DNA of 64,000 nucleotides from Nemertoderma westbladi. Lineage: Eukaryota; Animalia; Xenacoelomorpha. Shown one piece after another: positions 24,820-38,105 of this stretch (position 1 is the stretch's first letter; each line of letters starts with the position of its first letter). Both the position numbers and the translations under genes were made by a program. The notes under the pieces are model-generated. The model had not been told where the DNA came from. It worked only from the letters and a program-made list of their open reading frames with translations, and did no database searches. The stretch covers positions 1 to 64,000 of the forward strand of contig JAUCBJ010006969.1 in the NCBI GenBank assembly GCA_032718475.1, written 5' to 3'.

Positions 24820-25867
24820 ATTCCTCATTACATGCTTGACAAACTTACCGGTTTAGTGTATTTTAAATATATTTTATTCGAAAAGGAAATATTGTGTAAC
24901 TCAGAGGTTGAAGAGGAACACTGTAATAGGCCTAACATTACACAGCGGGTGAGAATTGTATTTTCGGCGGCCATCTAGCGCCTATAGGACACAGCTGCAT
25001 ATGAGTTAGGCTCAGATCCAATTATTATTAGTTATCAGCAAAGCAAAGCTAGTGTAGTCCGATTACAGTTGTTACTAATGGGATACGGGCGGGGGCGACT
25101 AATAGGTTGGGGGCGGGTGGGTGGTTTGTATGGGGAGGGGGACGGGATACGGGAGTTGGGACTAAGAGCTTGGATGGTTGAGGGCGGGGGTGGCTTGGGG
25201 AGGGGGGTCGTATCTCAAAATTGTAATTTTATAGCAAAACTGTACGTTTATTTTTCTTTTACAGCTATTAACAACGATTGTACATTTGTTGTTACATGAT
25301 ATTTTGTTGCTAAGGGACATTTTGAAGAACGTCGGGCTTTGATCTCCTCAGGTTAATTATTCCAAACTAGCTGGTCTCGAAAACTCCGTAACGTTGGGAT
25401 GAGTCCATTCTAACAGTGTTTGTGTTTATAGGCCTATATAGTAGTAATCACCACGAACCATCAGTGGGTATTGTGGGAATGGGTAGTTATGTTTTCCTAA
25501 ATAAGTTAAGTACTGTAGGCCTAAGTTTGATTAATTTGCGTAATTTGGTTAACAGTGTATTTATTGTGTATATTACTACAGGAAACGATTTATAAAGAGG
25601 CTGGCTGGGAGGGTGATCCGGCCCATATATGCGTTATCCTGGGCATGTCCCACATTGACAAAGAATGAGGGATGTATTTTTTGATGGGTGAATGGGGGGG
25701 GGGGGGGGGGGGGGGGGGGGCTAGGGATGGGATGAAAAAAGTAGAGCATTTTTTTCAATATTCTCTAGACCCTTTATTAACCTCGCTGAAGCTCGGTAGA
25801 TAACATAACTCGAGAATAGTGAAAAAAAGTCTTGGTTAAAGAACTTCAACAAAGGTACTGAGTCCCG

Positions 25868-26220
25868 GGTCACACATGTGCTTTCAACTTTCCACAATCA
25901 ATTAAAAGATAGACCATATTGTAGCTATGGGAACGTTTACACATAAACAGATAGATGTAAGGCATAATTATGCTAATATTACGTCATCGATTTAGTTATC
26001 CATATTAAAAAGTATTAGGCCTACTTTAAATAAAATAAAAAAAACACATAATCTGTAAAACAGTTCAGATTTATATAACTGCCAACTGAAAATTGTTCAA
26101 TCATTTATATCTGGTCCAAGTAATATACAATAATTTTTATGAGATGAAAGTTGAATGTTTATGTGAGAACCGGGACTTAGTTATTTTAAAATTTAATGTT
26201 GAAAGCTCATGTGTGACCCG
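25868..26220. mobile_element. Degenerate MITE
   Basis: Inverted ends gggtcacacatgtgctttcaac / gttgaaagctcatgtgtgaccc. Confidence 0.45.
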
Positions 26221-28906
26221 AACCTAATCCTTCTACGATTTAGTCTCATATTCTAAATGTCACGTTGGCGTGCATAAATATTTTTAGAGTATGGTCCATG
26301 GGGGGTCTATTTACTATTTAAAAATCAAAGTAATACGACTTAATTTAAGATTTCATAACGGCCATTCAATAACCGTTTTAAATAGCAGCTCACTCACTAG
26401 CAACCAGTCCGGCACCATATTAAATATGAGATCTACGGAAAAATTGAGTTCTCTAAATGGCTCGCACCACATTAAATAGCTGACGTCATATCCATAAATA
26501 CTAGTGAGTGGCGTGTAAGCGAGGCTTAATGGAGGGACACAAGAGTATAACTAACCCTAAGGGAATACAAGCGATGTTTGCTGGTCAATTAACTGGAGTT
26601 GTAGGATAATCACGTCTGGTTACCACCCACTTCCTGTTACATACTGGTACTTTGTTAAAATAATATCTACACAATCTAAAAGCAATATATCAGTAGTTAT
26701 AGGTACAGGTTTCTCAATAAATACTTGTGGCGATAGTCACTGTAACCGTGAATCGTCAAGTCATGAAAACCGCCATAATCGCAGATTTTTGAGACCTTTA
26801 GGAAAATGAAATAACATCTATAGTATATTGTTTTAACAAAATGTTAGTCCTCACTCAATATTAATTGATCTGGCAATAATCTTCTCAGCTCTAATAATAT
26901 CGACCACACGGAGCCATTTTATTCCAAGTTAATATTTCCAACTTATTCCAATATTATTGTTGAACTTGGAATGAGAATGAATGTACTATCCATGGCAAAA
27001 TGGTTCAAAAGCCATGTCCAGATTAATGGACGTGTCTCATTTATCTTTGATTCGAAATAATGGACCGTTCAGATATTACGTCAGGTTTTTATCCCGTAAA
27101 ATCTTAAGGAATTTAATCAGTTAGTGTCTCAACCATCCTGTCCCACCTTCTCTATACGATAGTGTTAGTTAGTATCCGATTGGGAACATTATGTAACACC
27201 GAGGTGTTTGTTTATAAACTGACGATATAAACTCCCACATATAATGCAGTGGGCCATGGGAACTAATGGTGTGCGATTTGGGGGGAAGTGCCAAAGTCCA
27301 ATCAATCTAAGTGATATACATCGTGAGTAAAGAGATAATTATTTGCTGAGCTGTGTAATAAACGTAATAATATCCTTCCATTACAAATAATTTAAATATA
27401 CCAATGGCTATAATCAACAGAAATCTTAATCATCCAATATCAAATTAAAAAACTTACTGTAAGTAAATCAAAGATTACAAATTGCATAACATTAAATGGA
27501 TAGGGTACCGTGGGGTCAGTGCTAATGGAGCACCATACTGAAATACTGTTAAATAAAATGAAATGTGAACACTATCAGCTGACAACTGCTAACAACAAGG
27601 GGTGGCCCATCGTTCCAACACAATTTTACCTCATATAATATTAGTAACACATTCAACAAAATGTGTCCCGATCTGCAAGTTAGACCCAATGATGTAAAGG
27701 AAACAATTTAAACAAACAATTAACGAACGGATTATATCTACATGAAATTAAAAAATGAAATCGAAAATAAAAATAACTTTGATTGATCGATTAATAGCAA
27801 AATAAGGCAATCAAACAATTCTAATCTTACAATTGAAAGCAGAATTACACCCGCACATGACTGATCTACACAATAAACGATTTTTAAACGAATCAGGTAA
27901 TTATTTATTATAAATAAAAGCTCCCATTTATATTAGAAATAGATTCCTTATCACAAATTATTTACAAAATATCCAGCTAATTAAATACTGCCATACAAAC
28001 ACTAACTAGTAATTTAAACATAGTATCCTTAATTACGCAAAATATTATTTAAATTCGCAATTAAAGGATAAAAATATAGAAAAGCTTTCAGTAACTGAAA
28101 CTGTTATTGGTGGGTTAGCAAACCAAGCGATGGCACAATCGGTAATCCTGTGGTGGTTGCCTTTCTTACGTTGCTAATAATTGTATCTTTTATTGCTAAA
28201 GTATTACGCCGTGCCTAACATATCAATTGGTATTGATGTTATTCTGAAATCTCTGGTCCAATTGACATGACCGCTCTATATTATCGCTACTTGATGCATT
28301 TTAGGTCCTTGCGCTATAAAAAAAAATTTACAATGTGAGAACAAATTAGGAACGGAAATGTAAGTTTCACATACTAGGAACATAGCGTAACTAAATTACA
28401 CAGTAAGGACAACATAACAGGTTAGTAAATTAGGCAATTATAATAAATTAAACTAATATTAGTTATAGTAACAAAATATAATTTGGCTTCCAGTTAGTTA
28501 AATAATTTGTTCATATAGAAGGCAGTATTCCGCATGCCGAGCCACACGTACTCAATAACTACGTATAAAAGGATTTATTTATTGTAACGTATTAACGGAA
28601 AGGGTTTCTGCAGCAGTTTCTACACAGGAAACGAGCTTTAACTACACAACCTGTAACTATAATTATCTTCGCATTATTAGAAGTGTCATAATAAATGAAA
28701 TAAATTGACATGCTATATTTTAATTGGCACGTAGAATAAATGAGTTCACTGCCACAATCTCAACTATTCATTATCCTGGTAATGTTTTACCATTTTTTGA
28801 CTCTTCGGGTTCAACTCATTGTTAGACCAAAATATGGTCACATAGATCACGGAGCTGCCGGTGTGGCAATCAACGCTCCGTAGGGACTCAGCAGACGGGC
28901 TGGGTT

Positions 28907-30737
28907 TCATACAAAGGAAGAGAAATCGTTACCGATGGGGGCCCTGGACCGGGCAGGTAAGGCGGATGGTGACTGCTGGGTCCTCGGTCTCCTAGAGTAC
29001 CTTGGGATCGCTTCGGTCTCGCTACCGTCTGAGTATATGTAGCCGTCGTTAGTGGCCTGTGGGTCTATAGGGGTTCCTCTACGACGGGACTTCGGTTTAG
29101 TGTCTACGTCGTCCATGTACCGACGGTCGTTGTCGTACCGTCGGTCGTCGTAGCTCGTCGGACCGCCGGGATGCGGGCCTCGCGCAGCCTTGTGCGTCGG
29201 CCTAGCGTCACGGCTGTAAGGCGGCAGGTGGACCTGGTAGTTGGGCCGGTAGCCGGGAGGCGGTTTCCCGCGCGGCAGATCGGCCCCCCACTCGGCCTGC
29301 GAGTCGGTCTCAGTCTCGGAGGCCGAGGGTTTCTCCGTCAGCGAGGAGCTCGAGGTGCGGGAGTGGGTCGGCTTGGTGCCGAACTCCTCGTCATCGTCGG
29401 AGTAGACGACGCCGGCGGGGTTCGGGACCGGCGGACGAGCGGCGGCCGACGGCCGATGTCGACGTCGCGCGGCCGACGATAGATCCGGCATCTCGGTCGC
29501 GGAACCGAACCCCCCGGACTGCGCGCGATCCAACGCACCCGCGTTCGCCCGAACCATCGACTTATCCATCGCGGTCTCTTTCGCCTTCCGGCGCTGCGTT
29601 ACGAAACACAAACTCGCGATCAGAATGATTATAAGGATAACCCCGCAGAGGCAGATGATTATAGGGAACCAGAACTGGCGGTAGAAGGGCGCGATAACTC
29701 CAGGAACGTCGTTCATTCGGAACAGACCAGACGGGTGTCTGTAGATGGCGTCCGACTCGTCGCTAGGGTAACTACGTCCGTTCCGGTTCACCGCGACCAC
29801 CGCGAAGTTGTACAACCGATCGATGTGGAGGTCCGCCTTGGCGACGGTAAACCGCAGCCCCTGGGCTACGCCAATCGTCCACCGATCCTGCCACTCGTTG
29901 TTCTCGTTCGACTTGGCCTGTATGATATAACCGGTGAGCGCCGAGCCGCCCGTGTCAGCCGGCGCGCGCCACGTGAGCGCCAACTCGGAGGTGAGCACTA
30001 GCAACTCGAGTTGGGTGGGTGAGCTCGGGGACCCGAGCAGTGGGGTGTTCGTGCAGTTCTGCGTGACGATTAACCCACCGCCAACCACGGTGAACGCCTT
30101 AACGGTGACGTAATAGGAGGCCCTGGGTTCCAGGTTGCCGAGGTACTTCCAGGTGCGGCCTTCTACGTCGACCTCGACAGACTGGCGGCTCAGTTGGTCG
30201 CCCTCTAGCAACCGCTGGAAGGTGACCGCGTAATTAGTGATCACCCCGTTTGGCCGCTCGGGGGCGTTCCAGGTTACGTTCATCGCGGTCTCCGTCACCA
30301 TGCTGCACTCCAGGTTGTTCGGCGCGCTCGGGAAGCTCTGCCCCGTGATGAACCGCACCGAGCCGCTCAATGGCCCGTCGCCCGCCATGTTAAAGGCGAG
30401 CGCGGCCACGCTGTAGTCCGAGAACGGTACCAAACCCCGGATCCGTCCGGACGTCCGATTCGGGTCGATTATCGGCATTCGCTTCTCCGTATCCGCCATA
30501 TTCTCGGTGAGCCAATAAACCAGTTTGTATCCGATCATCCGCGCCTCGTTAATTTGGCTCTCCGGTGTTTCCTCCGGCGGTGTCCAACTCACCGTAATCG
30601 AGGTGGCGTCGCCATCCGATACGACCCGCGGTCTACCGGGTGCGTTGATAGGGGCAACCTTACCGGTGTACACAGTGACCGGGTCGGACGGGGGTCCTTC
30701 ACCCATGGTATTCACTGCGCTAACGGTAATCTCGTAT
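28907..30737 (-). CDS. sdk: Sidekick exon 4 (end of FN3-10, FN3 11-13, TM, cytoplasmic tail)
   Basis: Acceptor cctaatAG, phase 2. Contains PFYRQFWFPIIICLCGVILIIILIASLCF (TM), RPPVPNPAGVVYSDDDE, SSLTEKPS and the C-terminal FSSFV PDZ-binding motif typical of Sidekick. Confidence 0.95.
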
Positions 30738-30856
30738 CTATTAGGAAACGTTAAAGAAAAATTATGTGATTCATGGGCTAAACTCTGCAGCCGAAACGAT
30801 TGACATATTTACAGTCACACACAATGTTACATTCAAGTAATTAACCATTAACTAAC

Positions 30857-32966
30857 CTCGGAAATTCATAGGACTTCGCCTCCTCTTCCAGTATCAGAGT
30901 CCATTCCGTTAGAGTCGGCAGGACTTCTTTCTCCCCTACGAACCCAGTAGAGTCCAACCGACTGTACTTTATCCTGTACAGCTGTAGACTCCCGTAGACC
31001 AGCGCCGGTGGGGCCGGCAGCCAGGTAACCCGCACCTCGTTCATCCGGACCGCCTTGGCGTCCGTGATAGTCGGCGAACCTTCCGGTCGGGCCTCCAACG
31101 TCCGGTAATGTTCCGACTCGGGACTGTACCCGCTACTCCCGTAGTCGTTGTTCGCCTTCATCCGTATCTGGTAATCCGTGAAGGGAATGAGTTTCTCCAA
31201 GGTGTAGTCCCGTTGCGTCGGGTTCTGGTAATGTGAGTGGAGCTTCCAGGCGCCGGCTGCTTCCCGCACCTCGATGGAATAGTTGCGCACGGGGGCGTTA
31301 TCCATCTCGGTGGCCGGGAAGATGAGTCGCATCCGCCGGGCCTCGATGTCCGAGGTGTGTACGATCACCTTGCCGGGAGTCCGCGGGAGTGGTTTACCGT
31401 CGCTAGTGAACACGCTCACCTCGACCACGGGTCCCGCCCCCTTGTCCGTCTGGGCCGTCAGCTGGAAGGAGTACGTCTCCTCGGGGCGCAGAGCGGTCGC
31501 CGCGTAGCTGCGCTGGTCCGCATCTAGGGTCAACCCGGACTCGGCCTGCGTCTGTCGCTTCCGTCTCCAGGAGGAGGACTCGGGGCTGTAGGCCACAAAG
31601 TAGCCGGTGATCTCCCCGTTGGGGCGCTCCGGGGGTTGCCAGTTCGCCGTGAAGCTGGTCAGCGACACGTCGGAGAACCAAACGCCGCTCGGGGGACCGG
31701 GTTTATCGGACTCGGTGGTCGCGAACACGGGAGGAGCGGAGGGAACACCGTCACCGATGCGAGTAAACGCCGAGACCTCAAGAGCGTAGCGAGTAAAACT
31801 CTCCAACCCGTCGACAACTCCCGTCTTCGTTGTATTAAACATAATATCTCCGGTTCTAACAGTTTCCGCGAACTCTAGATTGCTCTCGGGTCGCGCGACT
31901 ATCCGATACCCTAGAATCACCCCGTTCCAGAACCGCTCCGGGACGGGCTCCCACGTGACCCGGAAGCGAGTTGGCGTCGTCGCGATGACCCGCACATCAA
32001 GGGGTCCCGCCGACGGTTTATCCTCCAGCGTCGTTCCCGCTTTCACGACGCTATGCGGCCCGTTACCCATGTCGTTGTAAGCGCTAACTCGCACCTCGTA
32101 CCGATGGAACGGAAGCAGATCGTAGATGAGGTAACTGTTGGCGTTCTCATCCTGGAACATTGTTTCGGTCCAGGTGAGGTTGCCGACCAGTCGGTAGTCG
32201 ATCTGGTAGCCTTCGAGTCGTCCGTTCCAGTTGACTTCCTTCAGCGGGATCCACGTCACGGCCAACGTGTCGGACCTGCTGCTGCGCACCAACAGGTCCC
32301 CGGGTGGGGCGGTGGGCGGCGCAACCTTGGTGCGAACCTCCTCCGTGTACTCCGAGGGCGGACTACTCCCGGCGGAGTTCTTCGCCGTGATCCGGAACTT
32401 GTACTTGGTCCAGGGAGTCAACCCGGTCACCACTATCTTCCGGGCGTCCGGTTTATTTGTCTCGAGATGGACCTCCACCGGTTCCGGACCTCCGTCTATC
32501 AAGGCCTCCACCTTCCACGTATAGATTAGCGACTCCTGGTAGCCGCTGTTGAATACGATGACGGCAGTGCGCTCTGTGACGGACTCAACCACGAGATTGG
32601 TCGGGGGCTGAGGGAGGACCGGTTTATCCCCGGAACGGATAACTTCCGAGGTCGCCACCCCCAGACCAATGCGTGTCCGCGCAATAGCGCTGATATTATA
32701 CTCCATGGATTTATTGAGTCCTTCGATTCTGTAAGAAACGCTGGTGTTACCCGTAAATGTTTGGTTACGTAGCGTCTCCGTGTGGTTTATTCGCATCCAG
32801 GTGAGCAGATAGGCGATTACGACTCCGTTGGGATGGGTGGGAACATCCCATTTAACCGTGAGGGAGGTGTCCTGGATGTTACTGAACTCGAAGTTAGAGA
32901 CATGCCCTGGGACGTCGTCTATAGTTTTAGCTACAAACGGAGCGCTGTGCGGACCTTCACCCGCCC
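30857..32966 (-). CDS. sdk: Sidekick exon 3 (FN3 4-10)
   Basis: Acceptor ttttaccAG, phase 1 (AVTG|AGEGP); donor AG|GTTAGT, phase 2; tandem FN3 motifs. Confidence 0.93.
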
Positions 32967-33296
32967 CTGGTAAAACAAATATAATTATTATTGGAATTTT
33001 AAATATTTTACGGTTTATTATTTAGTAGGGCCTATTGAAGGTGAAACTGAACGCATTGGTAGTTTGGGAATTCTATATGCGTACGGGACGAGGGGGTGGA
33101 GGATTGCACCACCCCCCACCCCCCCCCCCCCCCCCCCCAGCTAATAAAAGTTTATTTATTTTTTAGTATTAAAGCGTTTTCCTACAGTAGCAGATTGCTT
33201 AAAAAGATTCCGCTCTCTGCGCTCGCGTTATATAGGCCTATTCCTTTACTAATAAATTTACTTTAATGCTTAACAGTACAATGATAAACAACTAAC

Positions 33297-34368
33297 CGGT
33301 GACAGCAATCATTGTTATATTGTATATGGTGTAGGGAATTAACCCCAACATGTAAACAACCCGATCTATAGTGGTGTCAACGTCTCTGTAGATGATCTCC
33401 TCGAGAATGTTGGTGTGATCATCGTGTCCGTCGAACAACGGATGGGCCCGGAGTTTGTAGTTGAGCAACTTCCCCCTGAGATCCTGCGGGTTGACTTCCT
33501 CGTAAAACACCCGCAATGTCGTCGCGTTCTCCGAGGTTACGTTTAGGATGACGGGAGCCGCGTTGGGGATCCCTTCTTTAGTCGTCGCGTTCAGCTCTTC
33601 GCTAAAGTTACCGACGCCCATATCGTTGTAGGCCGCCACTTTAATCGCGTACTCCGTGTAGATACCCAACTCGGTGATGTTGTAGAAGAGATTAACGATA
33701 TCTGTGATGTTCTTGGTTACTCCTCCGAGAGAGGAGCTCCCGGCAGAACCAACTCTGTAGTGAAGAACGTATCCTCGAAGGATCCCGTTCTGGAACTCTA
33801 TAGGCGGCGCCTCCCAGCGGACTAGGATGCTCCGGTTGGTCTGCGGGATGACCGCGGTCAGTCTGGGGGCCTGGGAGGGCGCCTGTTCCGGCAGCACGAA
33901 CCACTCAGTGGTCGCCGGTTCGCTGACGCCGTAATGGTTGCCGGCGGTTACCCGGAACCTGTACTCGTACGAGGGCCGCAGGTTCTCCACCAACTGCTCC
34001 ACCACGTCGGACCTCGTGTCCACGTTCGTCTTGTACAACTCCCACTGCGGGGCACCCAAGGCCTCCTTCTGACTCAGCGATATATTGTACTCCGTGAGCG
34101 GCGAGTTCCCATCCCAGGGTCGCCCCCAACGCAGCAGGACCGCGTGGTTCAGCGTGACGAACTCGTAGGCGAGATGGGCCGGGGCTCTGGGGACCTCGAT
34201 TACTACCACCGAGAACTCCTCCTGACTGAAGCCAGCGTTGTCCCCCGTGGAGATTACCCGGCTGGTTATGTTGCACGCCCATTCGCCTTTGTCGTCGGCA
34301 CGGAGACCCTGGATGTGCAGTGAAGTCCCGTCGGAGTAGAGGCTAAACCTAGAGTCCGGAGTCCACTC
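33297..34368 (-). CDS. sdk: Sidekick exon 2 (end of Ig6, FN3 1-3)
   Basis: Acceptor ttctccctttAG, phase 0 (EWTPDSRFSLYSDGTSLHI..DKGEWAC); donor G|GTTAGT. Confidence 0.93.
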
Positions 34369-34891
34369 CTAAAGGGAGAAAATATAACGCTTTATTTACC
34401 TACATACATTTTATTATTTTCATTAATTAACATTATTTTGGGCGATTGGCCACACCTTAGTTTATTATTTAACTTGCACCTTGGAGATGGATAAAATGTA
34501 AATAATTATTAATTATATACCGGTAATATACTGACAGTTAGTTACAAAACCGAAGAGTAAGCGGAATTAAACGAAGGTTGGATGACAACACGACAACTTT
34601 GCGGATATGGGTTGCATGTAATAATAATAATAATAAATCATGCACTTATAGCGCGCTTAATCCGCGTCGGTTCTAAAGCGCTGTTAAATTCCATAGATTG
34701 TGTCACAAAGTTTAGTTTAGATTTGAAAAGCCCTATTGAAGAGTTCGGTTTTTTGAAGGCTGCGGAAAGTTGTCAGTACCGGTATGTCAGACCAGTGGCG
34801 GTTCGAGTTTGATATATGATGTATAATATCTATTACAGTATTAAGCCATACTAACTAACGCTAAATGCACATTCATTCCCCTGTTACTAAC

Positions 34892-36778
34892 CTCAATTTC
34901 GCCAGCCACACGGATACGTATGTATTGATCGGTCCACTCCTCGCTCCCAGACCGCTCTCTGTGCTTCCAGATAACGTCGACCTCCACCCCCACCCCGGTA
35001 GTAACGTTACACCACAACGTCGTAGAGTCGCCTATAATCGCCTTTAACGTCCTCTCGACCACAACCTCAGTCTGCTCGATAACGTGGACATTAAACACCC
35101 GGGAATCCGTCTCGTAGTACTGCTGCACGCCGCTACTCGCCCGACAGGACCACGTGTTGTTATCAGTTCGATCCACCGAAGTTATAAACAAGGTGGAGTT
35201 CTCCTTACCGGATCCGGTGATGCGGTAGCGGCCCATGGTGGTAGAGATCTCTAGGTTCCCGTTGATCCACACCATATCGGGATCCGGCTTACCTTCGGCG
35301 CGGCAGTTCAGCAACAGCGGGTAGCCCATCACGGCGGACACGTTTCGAGGCTCGTCTCCAACGATTCTGGGAGGCTCCGAGAGGATCTCGACCATGGTAG
35401 ACGCGCTGGAGATACCGTGCTCGTTCCAACCGAAACACTGGTAGACACCGAACTGCCGCTGTTGGTCGATGTTGCTGATAACGATACGACCGCCTGATAC
35501 CTGGGTGTAGGTAGTCGACTGCTGTTTAGCGGTGTTGTAGTACCAATCTATGCTCGCTTGTGGTACTCCGGTGAATCTACAGTTCAGCTCTACGGTGTCG
35601 CTCTGACTTACGACCACGTTAGCGGGAGGGTGGACGCTCACACTGGGGGGACTCTCTACGGTAAGTTGGGCGCTGGTCGAGAGTCCATCCCCCTCGCACG
35701 AGTAGGTCCCCGTGAGCGAGTAGAGAACGCGCAGCCTCCATCCATAGCTGCTGCTGATGTCCACGGCGTTCCCACTGGTGAGACGCTCCCCGTTGAGGGA
35801 CCAGGTCACGGAGACCGGGTTTGATCGCCTCTCGACGACGCAGTTGAACTCCGCCCGAGACGTACCTCCACCTCGCGACACGTAGACAAGGTCCTGCGGT
35901 GAGTAGACCTGTCGCGCTTGGAAGGAGGAAGATTGCGCCGTCCCAACGGTTATAAAGACTTGATTACCGTCGGCGATGGACCCCGGGATGGCGGTGTTGG
36001 AGAGCCGACAACGGAACTGGAGGTCCGACTGGACGTTGAGAACGACGAGTTTGTGGTCGACTGTAACGAAACGATCCTTCGAGTCAACGATTAGATGCTC
36101 GTTATCCCAGACGGTTACGTCCACCCACTCCACCTTTACCGATTCGGCCGGCTGTGAGTCGATATTTTGGGGGCAACTCAACACGGTAAAGTCGCCTTTA
36201 TTTACGTTGAATCTGCTGCCGCTGGAAAGGCCGCCCCAGTTCGCGTAGGCGACTATAACTCGTCCGAAGTTCGACTTCATCTTCCAGGTCCTGTAGCGCT
36301 GCGTGAAGTCGTTGTGCGATACTCGACACTCGTAGTAACCATCGTCGACCCCTCGACGAGCGTTATTCACGCTGAAGGTGCTCGAGTATATCGAGCCACT
36401 GTGGGCCTCCACTGTGTCTGAGTGACGGGAAGAACCCCTCGGATCGTCGATAGTGGCGTAATGAATCCAGTCGAAAGTGAGTACGCGATTAGAGTTCGTT
36501 GAGTCTGATTCTAATATAAAACTCACCCCGCACTCGAGCGCAAATAATCTCCCTTCCTCGATAGTCACGTCGGTGGGATGGAGAGTAAATGTGACCAACA
36601 TTGATGGCGGGTCGTCTTCTATACCCATTGCAGTCGGTAATATAAGTAAACATAGCAACAGGTACCGGTACAGTAATTGTGACGAATTTATGGCTCCGTT
36701 AGCGCTGTGAGAATGATGGTGACCTTGTCGATGAAAGTTACAACAGGGGACAATGGAAGTAGAAATCCTTGCCATCAT
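34892..36778 (-). CDS. sdk: Sidekick exon 1 (signal peptide, Ig1-6)
   Basis: Hydrophobic YLLLCLLILPTAMG, Ig cysteine pairs, donor GAG|GTTAGT phase 0. The four exons sum to 6900 nt (2299 aa plus stop). Confidence 0.92.
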
Positions 36779-38105
36779 TTATTCGACGAATAATTATAGA
36801 CCTATATCACGCCAATGAGACTGGCAGATATTTAGAACAACAAAATATGATCAATAAATCAAATGCGCAGCTATAAAACTTTATATGTTTCTTAAGTTGA
36901 ATTTAAAGTATCTGATTCTAATTATATAAAATGCTACTGTAAAAGTAATGACTGAATGAAGTTATCAAATATAAAACTACAGCCCGGCCAACTACAGACT
37001 GACAGAACCATGGGAGTATATATATATCTATATTACAAAAGCTAAGTGTGTGAGAGTGTGTTTGTGCAATAAATAAATAAAATATGCAAAATTTTGCGGT
37101 AGCGGTAACGGCAGAACGGTAGGCCTATGGCTTTGCGGTAGCGGTATTTACCGCTGTAGCGGTAGTTGCGACAGCAAAAAGCGCGGAATTTGAGGTAGCG
37201 GTAGCGGTAGTACCATACGATCCCTGCTAACAGCAATATATTAATTTATCGGCAATAAATTAAAAGTAATTTAATAGTAAATTCAACAATAATAAACGAG
37301 AAATTCAAAATGACTCGCACCAAACTGTTAAGTAAAACAAAGACCAAAATAATAATAAGTAAATTACTTAAGTGTTTAAACAAAATAATAAGTAAAATGT
37401 AAAAAAACAGTCCAGTAACTACGGTAGGGTAATTCCATCCAAATTCGACAAATCGCGGTGGCATGGGGGTCATCGATTTCGTTTATTTTTGGATATATGG
37501 TCGGAAATGGTATAAAATGACACCTGATGAAATATTTCTGATGATGGTGTATTGGTTTTCTGGTTTTCGAGATATTGCAGTCTATTGCATGTTTATTGTA
37601 CACATATACAGGTCTCATACACATTAAAACCATGAATAAATACCATCCACATGTCAGACCAACTTTTCTATGTGGCCAAAGATTGGACTTTTCGACAAAT
37701 TTTGTCTTTTTGAGGCTTGAATTAGAGTGGTCTGCTTAGTCAAAACATTTAGTAAATAGTTAGATATACCAAACTGCCAAAGGGGGGTTCTGTGGTACAA
37801 TTTTCATGTACCACCAGCAAGTCAGACTTCCATACCATCATCTGGAAAATTGAAACTTTCCAAAATTGCTATACTTCGGAACATCACTGCAAGCGTCTGA
37901 AGGTAAATAATTTTAACATATTATTGACTAATTTCAATACCCAATGAGTTATACAGTAGGGTTCCCTATCCCGATCGGGATATATGAATATATCCCGATC
38001 GCTGGATCGGGATATTTACATATCCCGATCGGGATATATTCAACCTTTCCATAAAGCGACCTAAACTATAAAAAAGCGACCCAAATGGTGCCATCCAGCC
38101 GCAGC

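Noticed and set aside
25693-25720. Long G/C homopolymers (also ~5823, ~33111, ~59224, ~59318)
   Set aside because: Simple repeats with unreliable lengths; no evidence of function.
29171-36710. Numerous ORFs antisense to or overlapping sidekick (and rhophilin 7419-8167)
   Set aside because: Shadow ORFs of GC-rich coding sequence.
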